Source: Magallana gigas (lineage: Eukaryota). From it: a stretch of DNA of 64,000 nucleotides. The stretch covers positions 23,684,001 to 23,748,000 of the forward strand of contig NC_088860.1 in assembly GCF_963853765.1 (NCBI RefSeq), written 5' to 3'. Shown piece after piece: positions 39,559 to 52,179 of the stretch. The notes under the pieces are model-generated. The model was not told where the DNA came from. It ran no database searches and was given only the letters and a program-made list of their open reading frames with translations. How positions within the stretch are numbered: position 1 is the stretch's first letter; each line of letters opens with the position of its first letter. Position numbers and translations under genes: made by a program.

Positions 39559-41158
39559 TTTTCTTACTCCAAGATAATAGCAATGAGCATTCCAATAAAC
39601 CGTTGGGTAAGAGTAGGACAAATCACTTATACAAAAAGGATTTCTTCTGAAAGGCTCCAAATGTTTTGGAGGCAAAAATGCAGCTTTCAATGAGAAGGTT
39701 CTTCTGCAAGATTTGGATGTTGAATGGGTATGAGTGTATCGGAAGGTCCTCAGTGCTCTAATCCTGAAATGACAATATATTTCATCCATATTCTATGCAG
39801 ACAGGCATAACTTTGTAAACATTCCATGCATTATCCATCATCTGTATATAATATATTAATCGAATCTTTTTATTTCATATTCATAGGCACATTGCAACAA
39901 AATAAATTACCAGCACAACATAGACTATCTCATAGGTTTTTTTTTTTTATTAAAATAAAAAAAAAAATCGAGGGAACCAAACACCTTTTAAAATTAAACC
40001 CTCTTATCAGGTCCAGTACAATCTCTTGACTTAGCTATATAGCCTAAAAAAGCTATATAGCTTTATAATCAAAATAGCTTGATAAAGCTATTTATGTGCA
40101 GTTTTTGAAGAAAATATTTATTGTAAGAAATGGACAAAAAATCGCAATTAACTTGCTACTCATATTTGCACAATTAACCATTATAAACTTGACCACAATT
40201 AAAGATAGTTTTAACACTGCAGCTTTTAAACACTTATAAGCAAAAAAAATATTTCCATTGTTTGGGTAACTGTTTACCACTTTGTGTGCAATGAGGCGTG
40301 GATAAGTATGATTTCTTCTCATTGTGATAAATTATTACCAATCAATTATCTTGTTAACCATAACTGAGCTCCTTTATATTTCATTCAAGAAGTAACTGTG
40401 TGGTCATGAATCAGTTGCTAAGGAGACGCAAATTGATGAGTAATCTTTACATGCAATTGTTCACAGAACAGTTCAAAGTTGAAAACTATCACTGGACTAA
40501 AGTGCGATTTTTTATACATAATGATATAATTACAAATTTAAGAAAAATGTATGACAAAATAGCTACATGAAGCTAAACTGAATAGCTTAATAAAGCTATT
40601 TAGCTTATTCAAGCTATATAGCTAAATCTGGAGATTGTACTGGACCTGCGTATTACCAAATGTTTTTGACTATTACACTCTTTGGTGGAAAACAAATGAA
40701 CTTATTATTTTGAAAATGAGTTTATCTATAACCTTTCATTTATTTAAAAAAAAATGCAATTAATTCCACTTTAAAATTATATTAGAATTATATTAGAATG
40801 TTTCCTATAGAAGTCTTCTTTTAAGGAGATGTACATAGTCTAAAAATGGCCAAGACCATCAAGCAATCTTAATTCTTATTTGTTTCATTTTGTAGTGCTA
40901 AAATGTAATCACAGTGCTTGCATCGGGGTAATTGGCCTATTGAAATTATTCCCGATTTTTTTCATTTGCAATAGGCTGAAAAGCTGCACAGTTCTTCGAT
41001 CTACCCTGGCCTTGTGTAGTGTGTATGATACACAACACAGTGTGTGGTAATATAATTTACAAAGGAATCTACAGAGTATAAACATTTGCAAAAAGAAGCA
41101 CTCGATTTTTGATATGCATATTCAAATCATGTACATTAATTCGTGGTTAGACTTACAT
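36316..41158 (-). CDS. phr: Putative long photolyase isoform with a 69-aa N-terminal mitochondrial-presequence-like extension (584 aa)
   Basis: An upstream exon ends in AT (41158-41157) before a GTAAGT donor; the acceptor tttcag is followed by G at 39763. The spliced AT|G is in frame with MSDKKK and gives [27 protein letters not shown]... Confidence 0.6.
40008..40648. mobile_element. Non-autonomous DNA transposon (CAGG termini, ~36-bp TIR) in photolyase intron 1
   Basis: caggtccagtacaatctcttgacttagctatatagc / gctatatagctaaatctggagattgtactggacctg, with subterminal tagct repeats. No TSD was recognisable. Confidence 0.8.
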
Positions 41159-41292
41159 GGGCTGTGGAGAGCTTCGTCGTCCAAACGCTTTGTAGCTGTT
41201 TTACCAAACACACTCAACACGCGAAGTTGCATAACACATTTTCCCGCGTCTAGAGAGAATCCGAATGTATCACAACATCCGGTTAAGAAACC
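41159..41292. promoter_or_regulatory. Compact bidirectional promoter phr/RCCD1 with D-box-like and E2F-like motifs
   Basis: 134 bp separate the divergent coding starts. gttgcataac at 41226-41235 (reverse complement GTTATGCAAC, fits RTTAYGYAAY); ttttcccgcg at 41239-41248. Confidence 0.55.
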
Positions 41293-44200
41293 ATGTGGAT
41301 TGCATATTTTTGTGGATTTGATGGATTGGCGATTTTACGGAGATTAAAGAAACAGTCACACAACGAAACTGATAAAAAAGATGAACAAATCTTTAATGAT
41401 TTACCTGAATGTGTTAAAACCGCAGAGAAAGCAAATGTCACGAATGTTAAAGTATTGAAACCCGAGGAAATTCTAGAACTAAAAAGTGATTTAGATGCTG
41501 TACAATCGCGCACTGCAACTTTAAATGAAATTGTAATTACAGTATCGCATGGTAAACCAATTTCATGATACTTATACTTTCCTTAAAATTATCTGGATAT
41601 CAGGCTCTTTAATAATCATGCATAATTATTTACATGTACAAGTAACATGATAATCATTCAGATAGTGATACATGTATTGTCTATATATGTTCTATGTTCT
41701 TAAAACTTGATCAGCTGAACCTTTTCAGAAAATACATGAGTGGATTTCTTAAGACTATCATTTACCTTTTAAAGCATTACTACATTGACCTTTTTGGTGT
41801 GAAGTAGTAAATTTTTATTGTTATAGTCTGTCCCAAGTTATTGCTTCCATCGCTTTTTGGTGATTTTTAATAAAATTACACATACCTGTGAAAGAAATAG
41901 AGTTGAAATCGTTAAAAGGAAATATATCCAAGATATCTTCATTGAACAATTATCCCTTTCCACTCAGAAAAATTCACAGGAACGAAAACAGATTCCTTAC
42001 GGAGATTTATAATGGGGAATGTTTACATCTTTTCTCCATTCGGAATACACTCGGAATACATCGCACAATTTTTTAACGTTATCATCCGGGCTTATCAATG
42101 GCTGTTGCAATGCAAAATCTCCGTAGACTTTCAATTTCGGGATGTGTATTGAAACTTAAAGTGGTAGAGGGGGCGTTTCAAAACAGATAATCTGGACATT
42201 TTTTATATTAGTGGATGAACTTAGTGTGAGCACAAAGGTATTTACTATTATTGAAATATCAAGCAAATAGTGGTGGAAGCAAAAACTCGGGACAGAGTAT
42301 AATATATATTTGGTCATACAATTTATGATGTCTGCTGCATGGTAATATGTTATGATTATGTATAAAGCTCTTATCCACAGACTCTACCTGTTTACCTGTC
42401 CTCTTTAAAGAAAATACTTGTCATCCTTGGTCTGCATTTATTCAAGTACATAAATCCTTCATACCCTAAGTTACCGGTAAATCCATTGCCATTGATGCAC
42501 ATAGGGTTGGTGCTTATCCTTAGATTCAATGATGCTATGTGGATGAGAGTCATTGAATCCTCTAGATGGGACACCAGGCGATCACATGTTAACCCCCAGC
42601 ATATGGTGGTACATGTACCTATTTCAGCTGTTTGGACTGAGAAAAGTCTACAATGACACATTTTTTCACAAGCATTATCAGTAAATGACCATAGTCATGC
42701 AGACTCAGACCAGGGACCTTTGGATTACTGTTTTAACACCCAAGACCACTGGGCCATATATGCTCCCTTCATGTATGATATTATTAAACATAGATGATGA
42801 ATTGTATTTTTTTGTTGGCAATGTCCTGGTAAAGATATGGTGTTTAGGCAGACAATTAATCAAATGCAATGCATAGGACAATGAACTGTGTTCTTTGATT
42901 TAGATGATGAACATACCATATTCTCTTCCCTGAAAGTTGAAAAGGAGATGAAAAGACCTGAGATTGTGAGCACAGTAAGAGACAAAATTGTCACCATCTT
43001 TGACAAGAGAGTTTACCATAGCCATGAAGATTCCTTGACTGGCAAGCTAATGTATTCAGCAGAAACTCAGGTTTTACATGCAGGTGGAACAGACAGCACA
43101 TTATTTCTTGTTGAAGGTACAGTATGATATTTTTCATAAAGTGCTGTAGTAGTTGGGGCTATATGGACGGTGGATATTGTCCTGGGTAGCTTACTGGTAT
43201 AGCTCCTGACTAGATCGAGTTACAGGAGTTTCAGGTTCAAGTCCTGGTCGAGCTCTATATTTTCATTGCATTTATAAATGTTTAATCCTCCTTTCATACT
43301 AAGTACATCATCATATATATTGTACAGTATTAAAATACAATGGACACCATACTGATTTCTATGCAAGTCTATTAACAAATTTTCATGCATCCATTTTCCT
43401 TCTCTTTATTTATTCAACACCTGCTTTTTAAACAGAGAAAAAGTTGAAGATGATCAAGGTTATTCCAGAAATATCTCTGCCCATAGAAATCTGTTTGGAC
43501 TTCCGTGTGTCTGAGATAAGTTGTGGAAAGGAGCATGCATTGATTCTGACCAACTCTGGAGATGTGTACAGCTGTGGAGGAGGAAGGTATTCAGTGCCAT
43601 ACTTCTTGAGTCTTAGCCCCCTGATTTAAGATACATCATTATCATAACATGTATTACTTTAAATAACTCATTAAGGTTTTGAAATTAAACCATTTGAAAA
43701 AAGACACTAATGCACTCTGGCAGAAATGCATCAACTTATTACACATCAAATACTTGGCATTATTACTTGTTTAAATACCTTTTATTATTGGCTAATTTTT
43801 TTGCTTATTTGTTCTGAAAAATGAGTTCTTTTTGACATGATCCAGAATTCAAAAGCAAGAACATTGCACTACAAACACATTTTTCAATAGGAGTTTTCTC
43901 CCTTTGATTGACGATTTTGATAAATGGTAATACTTCTGATAAACCTTAGTCTACACATAAGTTCATGACATTGTTACTTGTATGCATAAATTTTATTATC
44001 AGTTTCAAAATTTGTTTGCATATTTGTTCTGATAAAATGAGTACACATGTACTTTCTATTGGATATATACCAGAAATGTAAAGTTGCAGTATTCAAAAGG
44101 ATGTTTGTAGAACTACAAAAAACTTTTTTCAATAGGAGTTTTCTCCTTTTAAGATACTTTTTTAGATAATTTATTCTTGATAATCTTGATAATCTAGTCG

Positions 44201-45648
44201 GGGTCAGCTTGGTTTGGGCCACGTTGAGACCAGGGAGCGGCCCTGTCTGGTGGAGGACCTGACCGGAGTCAGGATGAAGTGTGTGGGGGCCGGGGGATGG
44301 CACTCCATTGCAATATCTGGTACATACTGGTATTATAGAGAGATTACAATAAATCATGCAATAAAAGCTGCATATTTTTTATGTAATTAAAAATTCCATA
44401 ATCCTTGGAATATTTTACTCGTGTAAATTCCAACTGAAATGTCAGAGAGTAATATCTACGAACATTGTCAGAAGTATCCCTCACATAGTTAAAATTTGGC
44501 CTTTTCTGACTCTTATTAATGAAATTAAAAACAAAAGTTTGGCACTTGCAATTTTATAGTCTTGCAATGTGATACAAGACGACAAAAAAATAATAAATCT
44601 ACAGTGAGTAAATGATCAGAATCAAACTGCTTTCAGAGCTTGGTGACCTGTATGTCTGGGGCTGGAACGAGAGCGGTCAGCTCGGTCTCCCTTGTAGGAA
44701 CATATCCACCCAGAGTCCCCCTGCTGAAGAGAGACACAGGTATCAACTCTCCTCACCGGAGCCAGCAGACAAAGCCACAGGCACGTGGTTCACACGGGTC
44801 CACCTGGAGAACACTGTGTCGGGCCAGTGCGAGGCCCACATCCAGAGGGTGGGGCCCGTTCAGGTCCAGTCAGAGCCCACTGTCCTTGACCTCGGGGAAG
44901 ATGTGACCTTGGTGAAGGTCGCCGGTGGAGCCAGACACTCTGCTGTAGTGACAGGTCAGGGACTTTGTTAGATGTTTTCTACATTGAACGATGACTTTAC
45001 AGTGTATGTGTTATCACCCATCACTATACTTGTAAATCAAATCTAATTCATAATATTTACTCAGAATCAACTTCAGATATGCTGAAGGGGTTAGGAGATT
45101 AGTAATAAATCAGTATTATTATAAGGAGACTCTGCAATCACTATGGTCCCTTATCAGTAAATTCAAGAATAAGAGATAATTGTGTTAAAGTTAGGTGTTT
45201 TTTTATCTTTAGCAATATTACATAATGGCTTCCCCACTGACTTTAAAAAGACTTTATCAACAATGTGTTATTTAGGTGTATGTCCATTATGACAGGTGAG
45301 CATAGGCATGCATATCAATGGTAAGTAGTGGTCTAGAGGGATTTCTTTGTATCTATATAATTAGCTGCAGTTAGAAACAGTTGCAGCATTACAAGTACTG
45401 TTCTGTAGATATTAAATGCATCCCATGTGTTGACAAAATAGTGACATTTACATCTTCTCGCAGGTGACGGGCATTTGTTGACCACGGGCTGGAATGATTA
45501 CGGACAACTTTGCCACGAAGATGTTCTCTCCAGGGACTATTTTCAGTCGGTGGACTATTTTCTCCAGCATCGGCGGACAGTAAAAGGCGTGTTCTGTGGT
45601 CCCTGGAGCACAATAGTTTTATGTCAGAATTGTAAGTCGGACATGTGA
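41293..45648 (+). CDS. RCCD1: RCC1 domain-containing protein 1
   Basis: Exons 41293-41551, an uncertain exon near 42680-42830, 42903-43116, 43436-43586, 44198-44319, 44637-44954 and 45464-45648. RCC1 repeats: [92 protein letters not shown]. Boundaries of the second exon could not be resolved. Confidence 0.88.
43185..43253 (+). mobile_element. tRNA-derived (SINE-head-like) fragment in an RCCD1 intron
   Basis: ggtagcttactggtatagc...tcaggttcaagtcctggtcgagc has A-box-like and B-box-like motifs but no intact cloverleaf. Confidence 0.5.
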
Positions 45649-46302
45649 TACTCTCTTGATGGCTTTCTCTGAAGCTTAATAATTCTTCTCCTTTGCAGTA
45701 TTTGCATGAAAATGTTTGGGTCATACCGTATGAGATGCATTGAAAATTTGGGTGGGGGGGGGGGGGGCGCGAATCTTTTGTTACTTGTTTTACATTTTCT
45801 AATGAAATGGTGTGAGAAAACGCCATTCTGTTGAATACCTATTCTTTAATTGAACCATCAACAACGAGTTCTTCATTAAAGAGGATAATGAATTGCTTCA
45901 TTTCGTGAACGTGATAAAAGATTCTTTTGGACTACACCGTCAAGTTTTTACTCAATTACAAACATAAACCATTTCCTGCTCTCCTCTTTGTAGCCAAGAA
46001 TAAAAACTAATTTAGGATAGAAATGGTTTTGTAGTATTGCTGCAATATTGATTCAGAAACCCTATCTCTCGTAATGACCCAACGTTCTGTTTATAATCAT
46101 ATAATAATTATTGACCCAATATCCCCTGTCCATTGGATTTTTTTTTCTGGTTTCAGGTGTTTTTTTGGCCTTCCCTGTTTATCATATAATTAAAGAAATG
46201 TAGAACATGGAAAGATTTTTAATTAAGTTTTGAATAATTTAGGTTTTCATTACCGGTAAAGATCCAACTTCCTGAATAGAGGGACGTCTTTATATATGCA
46301 GT

Positions 46303-46306
<4 letters not shown>

Positions 46307-46372
<66 letters not shown>
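46307..46372. repeat. (TC)n microsatellite
   Basis: Perfect TC run. Confidence 0.98.
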
Positions 46373-46376
<4 letters not shown>

Positions 46377-47647
46377 GCTACCGTACGTGGCTTTTTTATG
46401 TTTTGCACATCCATATAAGAACACAGTTGATGTGAAAAATGCAAGTCATCTTGGAAAAATTGGGTCTTGACATGACCGAGTGTGGTAACATGACACCAGC
46501 TTTCTATTAAAGGAATCAGAAATAGGGCTAGCAGATCAAATGACTGTACAGGCACATACACAGACTCAGATTGATGAAGTAGTTGAACTAATGAGGCTGT
46601 TTAATTTGATTTTTTTTTTAAACAGGAGCTAGTATTTAAATTGCCAAATTCAGGATCTGGAACGGGATACATCAGGCAAGTATTTCAAGCTTTTATATAT
46701 TTTAGGAAGAGTAGATGCAGGGGAACCTGCTACTGAATTGATCATTGATTACTGATTGATTGGTGATTGATTAGTGATCAATGGTGTCTCTATCTGGTGA
46801 GGTACTTATTGTCAATACTGTCTGGGCTTTTAATGTTGTTGATGTTTATATTTCATATTTGAATGATAAGATTTACACCAGCAGGAGTTATTGGAATAAG
46901 ATATTGGAATAAAATCAAATCAATTTCATCATTTGTCCCAAACAATTTTTTTGTGTCAAGACTTGACCTTGTGTAGTTTAGTTATAGCGTGTTGTTTTGA
47001 ATGACCTTAACAAAAAAATAATCTTCCATTCTTTAAAATCAACATGTTTCATTGATATGTCTTTTTAAAAATTAAATAGAATGATAAATTTCTTGTTTAT
47101 TTCATACTGCACTGTTCAAATAAAATGTAAATGCAGTTGTTGTCTTTTATGCGATAAAACATCGATAGAAGTGCACATAAGTTCAGTACAATGTAGCTGT
47201 TTGAATTCAGATCGTAAGTGCACTTTAATCATAGAAATATCAACTGCCATAAACTGTGAGAAGTTTGTTCAAGAATTAAGTTACGTGTCGGATAGAGTAT
47301 TAGACTCTTACTATGATGAATGAGTGATTGTTATATAACAAGATGGCCGCCCTATCGGGTTGGGAGACACGAACAAACGCACATAATGGGCATAAACCTC
47401 CACCCTTTCAAATGACTCTGCATGCACAAGAAGGAATAATGTTATTTGCCGAACCATCACTGTGAGTGATTGCGTGCTTAAAGTGTCCCGCTATCTTGAC
47501 CTAGGTAAATCTAGAATCAAGTGGAGAGTCGAGCTGTGATTCCAAAAGTAAAGATTTATTTTTTTTACGAGGACGTGTATAGATTTTTTTTCCGAGGGGT
47601 GGGGAGAATAAAGTTTTGAGTTTTTGACTTACTGCCGGACAACAATA

Positions 47648-47795
47648 TGCGCGGATCTAGAAAGGATGGAGGGGAGGGGGTCCGGGCCCTGGAATATTAA
47701 AATTTCTTAAATTTACACAGTAAAATTACCCGAAAATATGCCTCGACCCTCCCCCCCCCCCCTGCCCGGCAAACATAAATATTCCTCGAACCCCT
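47648..47795 (+). mobile_element. Remnant of a common oyster-type MITE (atgcgcggatc... with G/C tracts)
   Basis: atgcgcggatctag...gggggtccgggccctggaa...aaatttacacagtaaaattacccgaaaatatgcctcg...cccccccc. A related 3' end is at ~3338-3382. Family assignment is from recall. Confidence 0.5.
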
Positions 47796-49622
47796 ACTTC
47801 GCATCTCGTGCACTTATGAAGTTTTTAAGTATACCTGTACCTGTGCTTGTTATTTTGAAATGGAGCATGCAAAACCCAAACGTAGTTTATGTTTGAATTA
47901 TGAAAACTGTCCTAAATTCCATCAAATTTTCCCCCTATGTTTAAATCAAGAATGTATTCGCGATAAAATCCTTTAAAACTGCAGCCAGGCATGTGATTAC
48001 CCAGAACATTCCAATGTTTATTTTTAATTTTGTTCATTTGATTTTTTTTATCACGTTTCGAAAATAAATTTTCAAATTTCAAGATCACTTATCACTTTCG
48101 GCGACAATAAAAAGTTTTAAGATTTAAATTCTGCATTCCAAATGAGGTCTTTTCGATTTACTTGCAGCAAGATGTGTTGTTGTTTGAGAATTATTAACCG
48201 GATTAAATTTTGCGTGACTAGGTTTTCAGCGTATCAATCTTGGGAGATGGAGAATTTTTTTTAACTAAATCGTTTTTAATGACAATCCTTCATTGTATTC
48301 GGTGCGGGAGGTATAAAGGTTTCCTTGTCGTGTATTTATTCATACTTTTTTTTGTTTTTTAATGGCAAAAAAACTCCTTCTAGGTTTTAGTTGTTGGTAT
48401 TTATTTATGACCCTTCATTAAAATTCAAAGCGGATCATTTGAACAAATTTCATCCCATCTAATATTGGTCTGGATTTGACAGAAAGTGATGATTTAAGCC
48501 CTTATTATTAAACGGATTTCAATTTCAATTTTATTCCATAGAAATAAGGTTCCTCAACCGAAACTTTAAAAAAGGACCCGATGAAATAAATGCTTTTATA
48601 ACAGAAAACGCCTTCTTTTGTAATCGGGTAGTATTCCAAATTTCTTTTTGATATCATCTTGATGGATATACATTCAATCATGCAAATTAAGATTTGCAAA
48701 ATGTAAAAAAAAAAAAGAAATAGATAAATATCATAGACATGGAAGTTAAGACGTACACACCTGCGAAAAAAATCAATGTAGTAAATCGTTGAAGAACTTC
48801 AATGATTTTATGTTTTTTTTAAGGGGGGGGGGGGGCTTGTTGCATTTTACCGCAATACTTTAATTTACAATGACGTCTATGTAAATTTCCTCCACACAAA
48901 CTTGTCATATACCATGGCCAGTGGAGGTAGATGAGAGATTCCTTGTCGGTTTCTCCCACCGGTGTCTGAGCCCTCTCCGATACAAGCCTTTCTTTAAATG
49001 GAACCCTCTCGCTGTGAATCAGTCACTGGGTCCGCTTTTTCTGGCTTTTTAAATCTCAGACTACCGGATTCCTAAAGAGACATCCCTGTACCTCGCTCTT
49101 ACAACGTCTCTACTGTTTTAGCAAATCCCCGTTAATCCTCAGTCAACACGGAGAGACTGTACTAGGTAGGTAAGCCAGGACATTCTAGGCTATCTTACAA
49201 AAGGAGAGATAGTCCCCCAAAGGATTGGCGGGGAGTTCCACTTATAGGGGGGGATATGTCAATGATAAGGTAATTCCCAGGCTCTGTCCAAGGAATTTTC
49301 GCGTTACATCAAGGGTAATACTTTTTGATGGCTTGGCTAAATATGACTTGGGTAACTTGTGTTCTGACTAAAAGGAAATTCATGTATTGATCCTAACTCT
49401 GTTTTTTACTCACTCTCTTCAGACCTAAGGAGAGAGCCTTCTGGAGATAGAAATCGGAGCGTGATTTCCGACCATTGTTTCTGCACAGACTGATGGGTTG
49501 GTGAGATTCCAGGGTCTTGGTGTGAGGACTTTTTTCCGTCTTGGTTTCTTTCGGAGGAAGAATACAGTGAAAGAACTTTCAACACTTTGGAAATTTTAAT
49601 TGTTTTTGTACGGTTTTACGGG

Positions 49623-52179
49623 ATGCCTGAGAAAAACGCTTGGAGTCAGCGACCCTGGACTCTCCCGCACGTGCGGATCTCTCCAAAGGTGCATGTGCCG
49701 AAAATAGACACCTACTTTAAAGAGGTAGGGAGATTTGAAAAACGCGTCCAACTGAAAGTTCATACAAGAAATATTGTTTATTTGTGTTTATACTTACCAA
49801 AGTCTCACAATATTTATTTTTAGAAATTACTCTTCCGCCAGAAGATTTTTTTCAGTCTAAAAGAATTTTCTATAATGTTGAAGCGTAACATTGTATGAAT
49901 AAATCAATTTTTTAAAAATATTTTTTTTATCAACTGGTATTTAAAAAAGTGAAAGTATTCAAATTTGATTTCAAAACCAAGTTGTAGAAGTAATATTTAA
50001 TTTTTAATTTTAAAAAATTTAAAGAGACGCACGAAATCGGGTTTCACATCTTTGTTAGTCTTTGCAGTTGAATTTGAGAAAACGCTAAGTATATACTTGG
50101 AAAACATACATGTATATTCTTAATTTTAAAAAAAGTTTAGTAAAGTGTAAAGGTATATGATGATATTTCTGGCTTATTTTAAAGAAAAGAATCATAATTT
50201 TCAATTTCGTCAGGTTGGTTTTGTTTTAAATAATTATACTTGGGACATTGGATATAATGAATTCAGTAATAATATACATGAAAGTTATATACTTATATTT
50301 AGTGGTTTTATCCACCAGAAAGTATGAGTGTCTGTATGAAAATATCAATTTTTATCATTTATACAAACCATGACGAAATGAAGCCGTATTACTGGTTAGC
50401 GACGCGTTAAACAGTTAAGCACACAAATCCGCATGTTGTTTTATTTTTGTAGTGTGTTCAAATACAGACATTAGCGCCCAAGGATTAGTCACACCTAAGT
50501 GTCAGTTAGAACTGTATAGCTACTGTCCTTTACGAAAATTTAGATGATTGAGAATCAAAAATTTGTACATAACAAAATATTGATTCCCAGTAGTCTAAAT
50601 TTGTACATGACATGCACTACCCCTGGCGCCCAAAGACTCGGGGATAGGTCAGTAATTATACCACCGTGAATCTTGTCACATCGCTTGGAAATCTTTGGCC
50701 CCAATGCGAATCAACATTCATTTCATACTTTGTTAAAAAATATGAAGTTTAAATGCAGCCAAAATTGACTTGTTTTATACAATTTTACAACGATCATGTA
50801 ATTATCCGGAGAATTTTGTACCTTAAGAGAAATCTTACGCAAAAGACCTTTAGATAATGAGGGTTACGTCTTTTTCAGGGGAACTGGGATATTAGATATC
50901 GGAATCGATTCAAGAATTAAGTTTAAATGTTAACGATTTCAATTATATTCTCTGCTACGAAATTTCGCTTAATACCTTTTGTGTTGGAAGCGTTGTACCC
51001 ATTTGGGGGGTTTCTAAATCACACTGTTCTGTGTTTTTCTTGCAGCGACAATTAGACATACCGGTATTTAAAAGTTTTGTCTGTACCAGACAATGTTAGT
51101 GTATATACCTCTTGGTGAGTTTGACAACCTCGCAGGTCCCTTTTCGGGGGTGACTAAGTGATATTGAGGTGTTTGTTCGCATATAAATTGACTTGTTTTC
51201 CCTAACATGCTGAGAATTGTTCCAAAATGCCAGAAAGATGGTCCCAAGCCTAAGTTGTCGACGCGATAATGCTCTGCAGTGTTTGACGAAAAGAACATCT
51301 TGTCGAATAAAGTCAATAATCAAGCCCTTCTGGTGTTGGTAGAACGTGCTAGTGAGGTACATCTCACCCACACTAGATAGGCCTTGAGAAAATCACCTTT
51401 GATGATGTTAATTAATCTTTTGTCTCATTGATTTTTTTTTTCAGATATCAGATTGCCAGAAACAGTATTCAAAGCTTCGCCTGACCCCAGAGGTTCCAAG
51501 CCACACCCACTCACTTCCGTTCGTTTTCCCGCGGTCCTACACTACCTCAAAAATTGACATTAGACCGTCTTATGTCCGCTCATCCCCCGTCCCGGTACCT
51601 CGCCAAAACACAAAACTGTCGTGGCAGTTGAAACCAACTGACGTTAGACCTTTCGAGAACAGACCGAATGATTCGGTCGAATCCTCGGAAAACCTTCATC
51701 TGTCGGAAGAAACGACCGAATCGACAGAGGAAGAGTTAAGTGACATGAATCCCTTGAAACTTTCGGAACATTTACGGGATTCGGGATTCGGTGATCCCAT
51801 TATGTTGACTTGGTCAGCGAAAGACCATTTATCAAAATTCCATCTCCCCAAAGGACGGAGGGCTAGAAAACTCCCTTCTAACCCATCACAAAGGGAGAAA
51901 ATAAAGGGAAGGGCTCGGTTAGACTATGAAATGGCCAATATGAGAGCCGTGGCCTTTTGTGAAAGACAAGCCCCTAAAGTGTTCCGAACGGCATCAGCGC
52001 ACATGCGCAATAGAGATGTACAGTTCATTGAAGAGGAAGTCAAAGAAAATATGCAGCGAGATATTGAGTTAGATGCAGACGACAGTGACAGTATTATTGT
52101 GATGAAAGTGGACCGTGAGGAACTGTTCGAGCGAATCAATACTTGGATAGAGGATGTCACGAAATCACTGACCACTTAA
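49623..52179 (+). CDS. Uncharacterised protein (~278 aa), low-complexity/disordered with acidic patches
   Basis: Exon 49623-49724 (MPEKNAWSQRPWTLPHVRISPKVHVPKIDTYFKE, phase 0, donor gtaggg) plus terminal exon 51445-52179 (strong acceptor ttttttttttcag, 244 sense codons to TAA). No domain recognised. Confidence 0.65.

Noticed and set aside
45389-45826. 145-aa minus-strand ORF
   Set aside because: Antisense shadow of the last RCCD1 exon.
46626-46675. Isolated exon-like segment (acceptor tttaaacag, GC donor) reading ELVFKLPNSGSGTGYI
   Set aside because: No compatible neighbouring exons or recognisable homology could be found.
49230-51371. Possible spliced antisense ORF joining 51096-51371 to 49414-49578
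   Set aside because: It needs a poor acceptor, two different frames work equally well, and plus-strand splice signals explain the region better.
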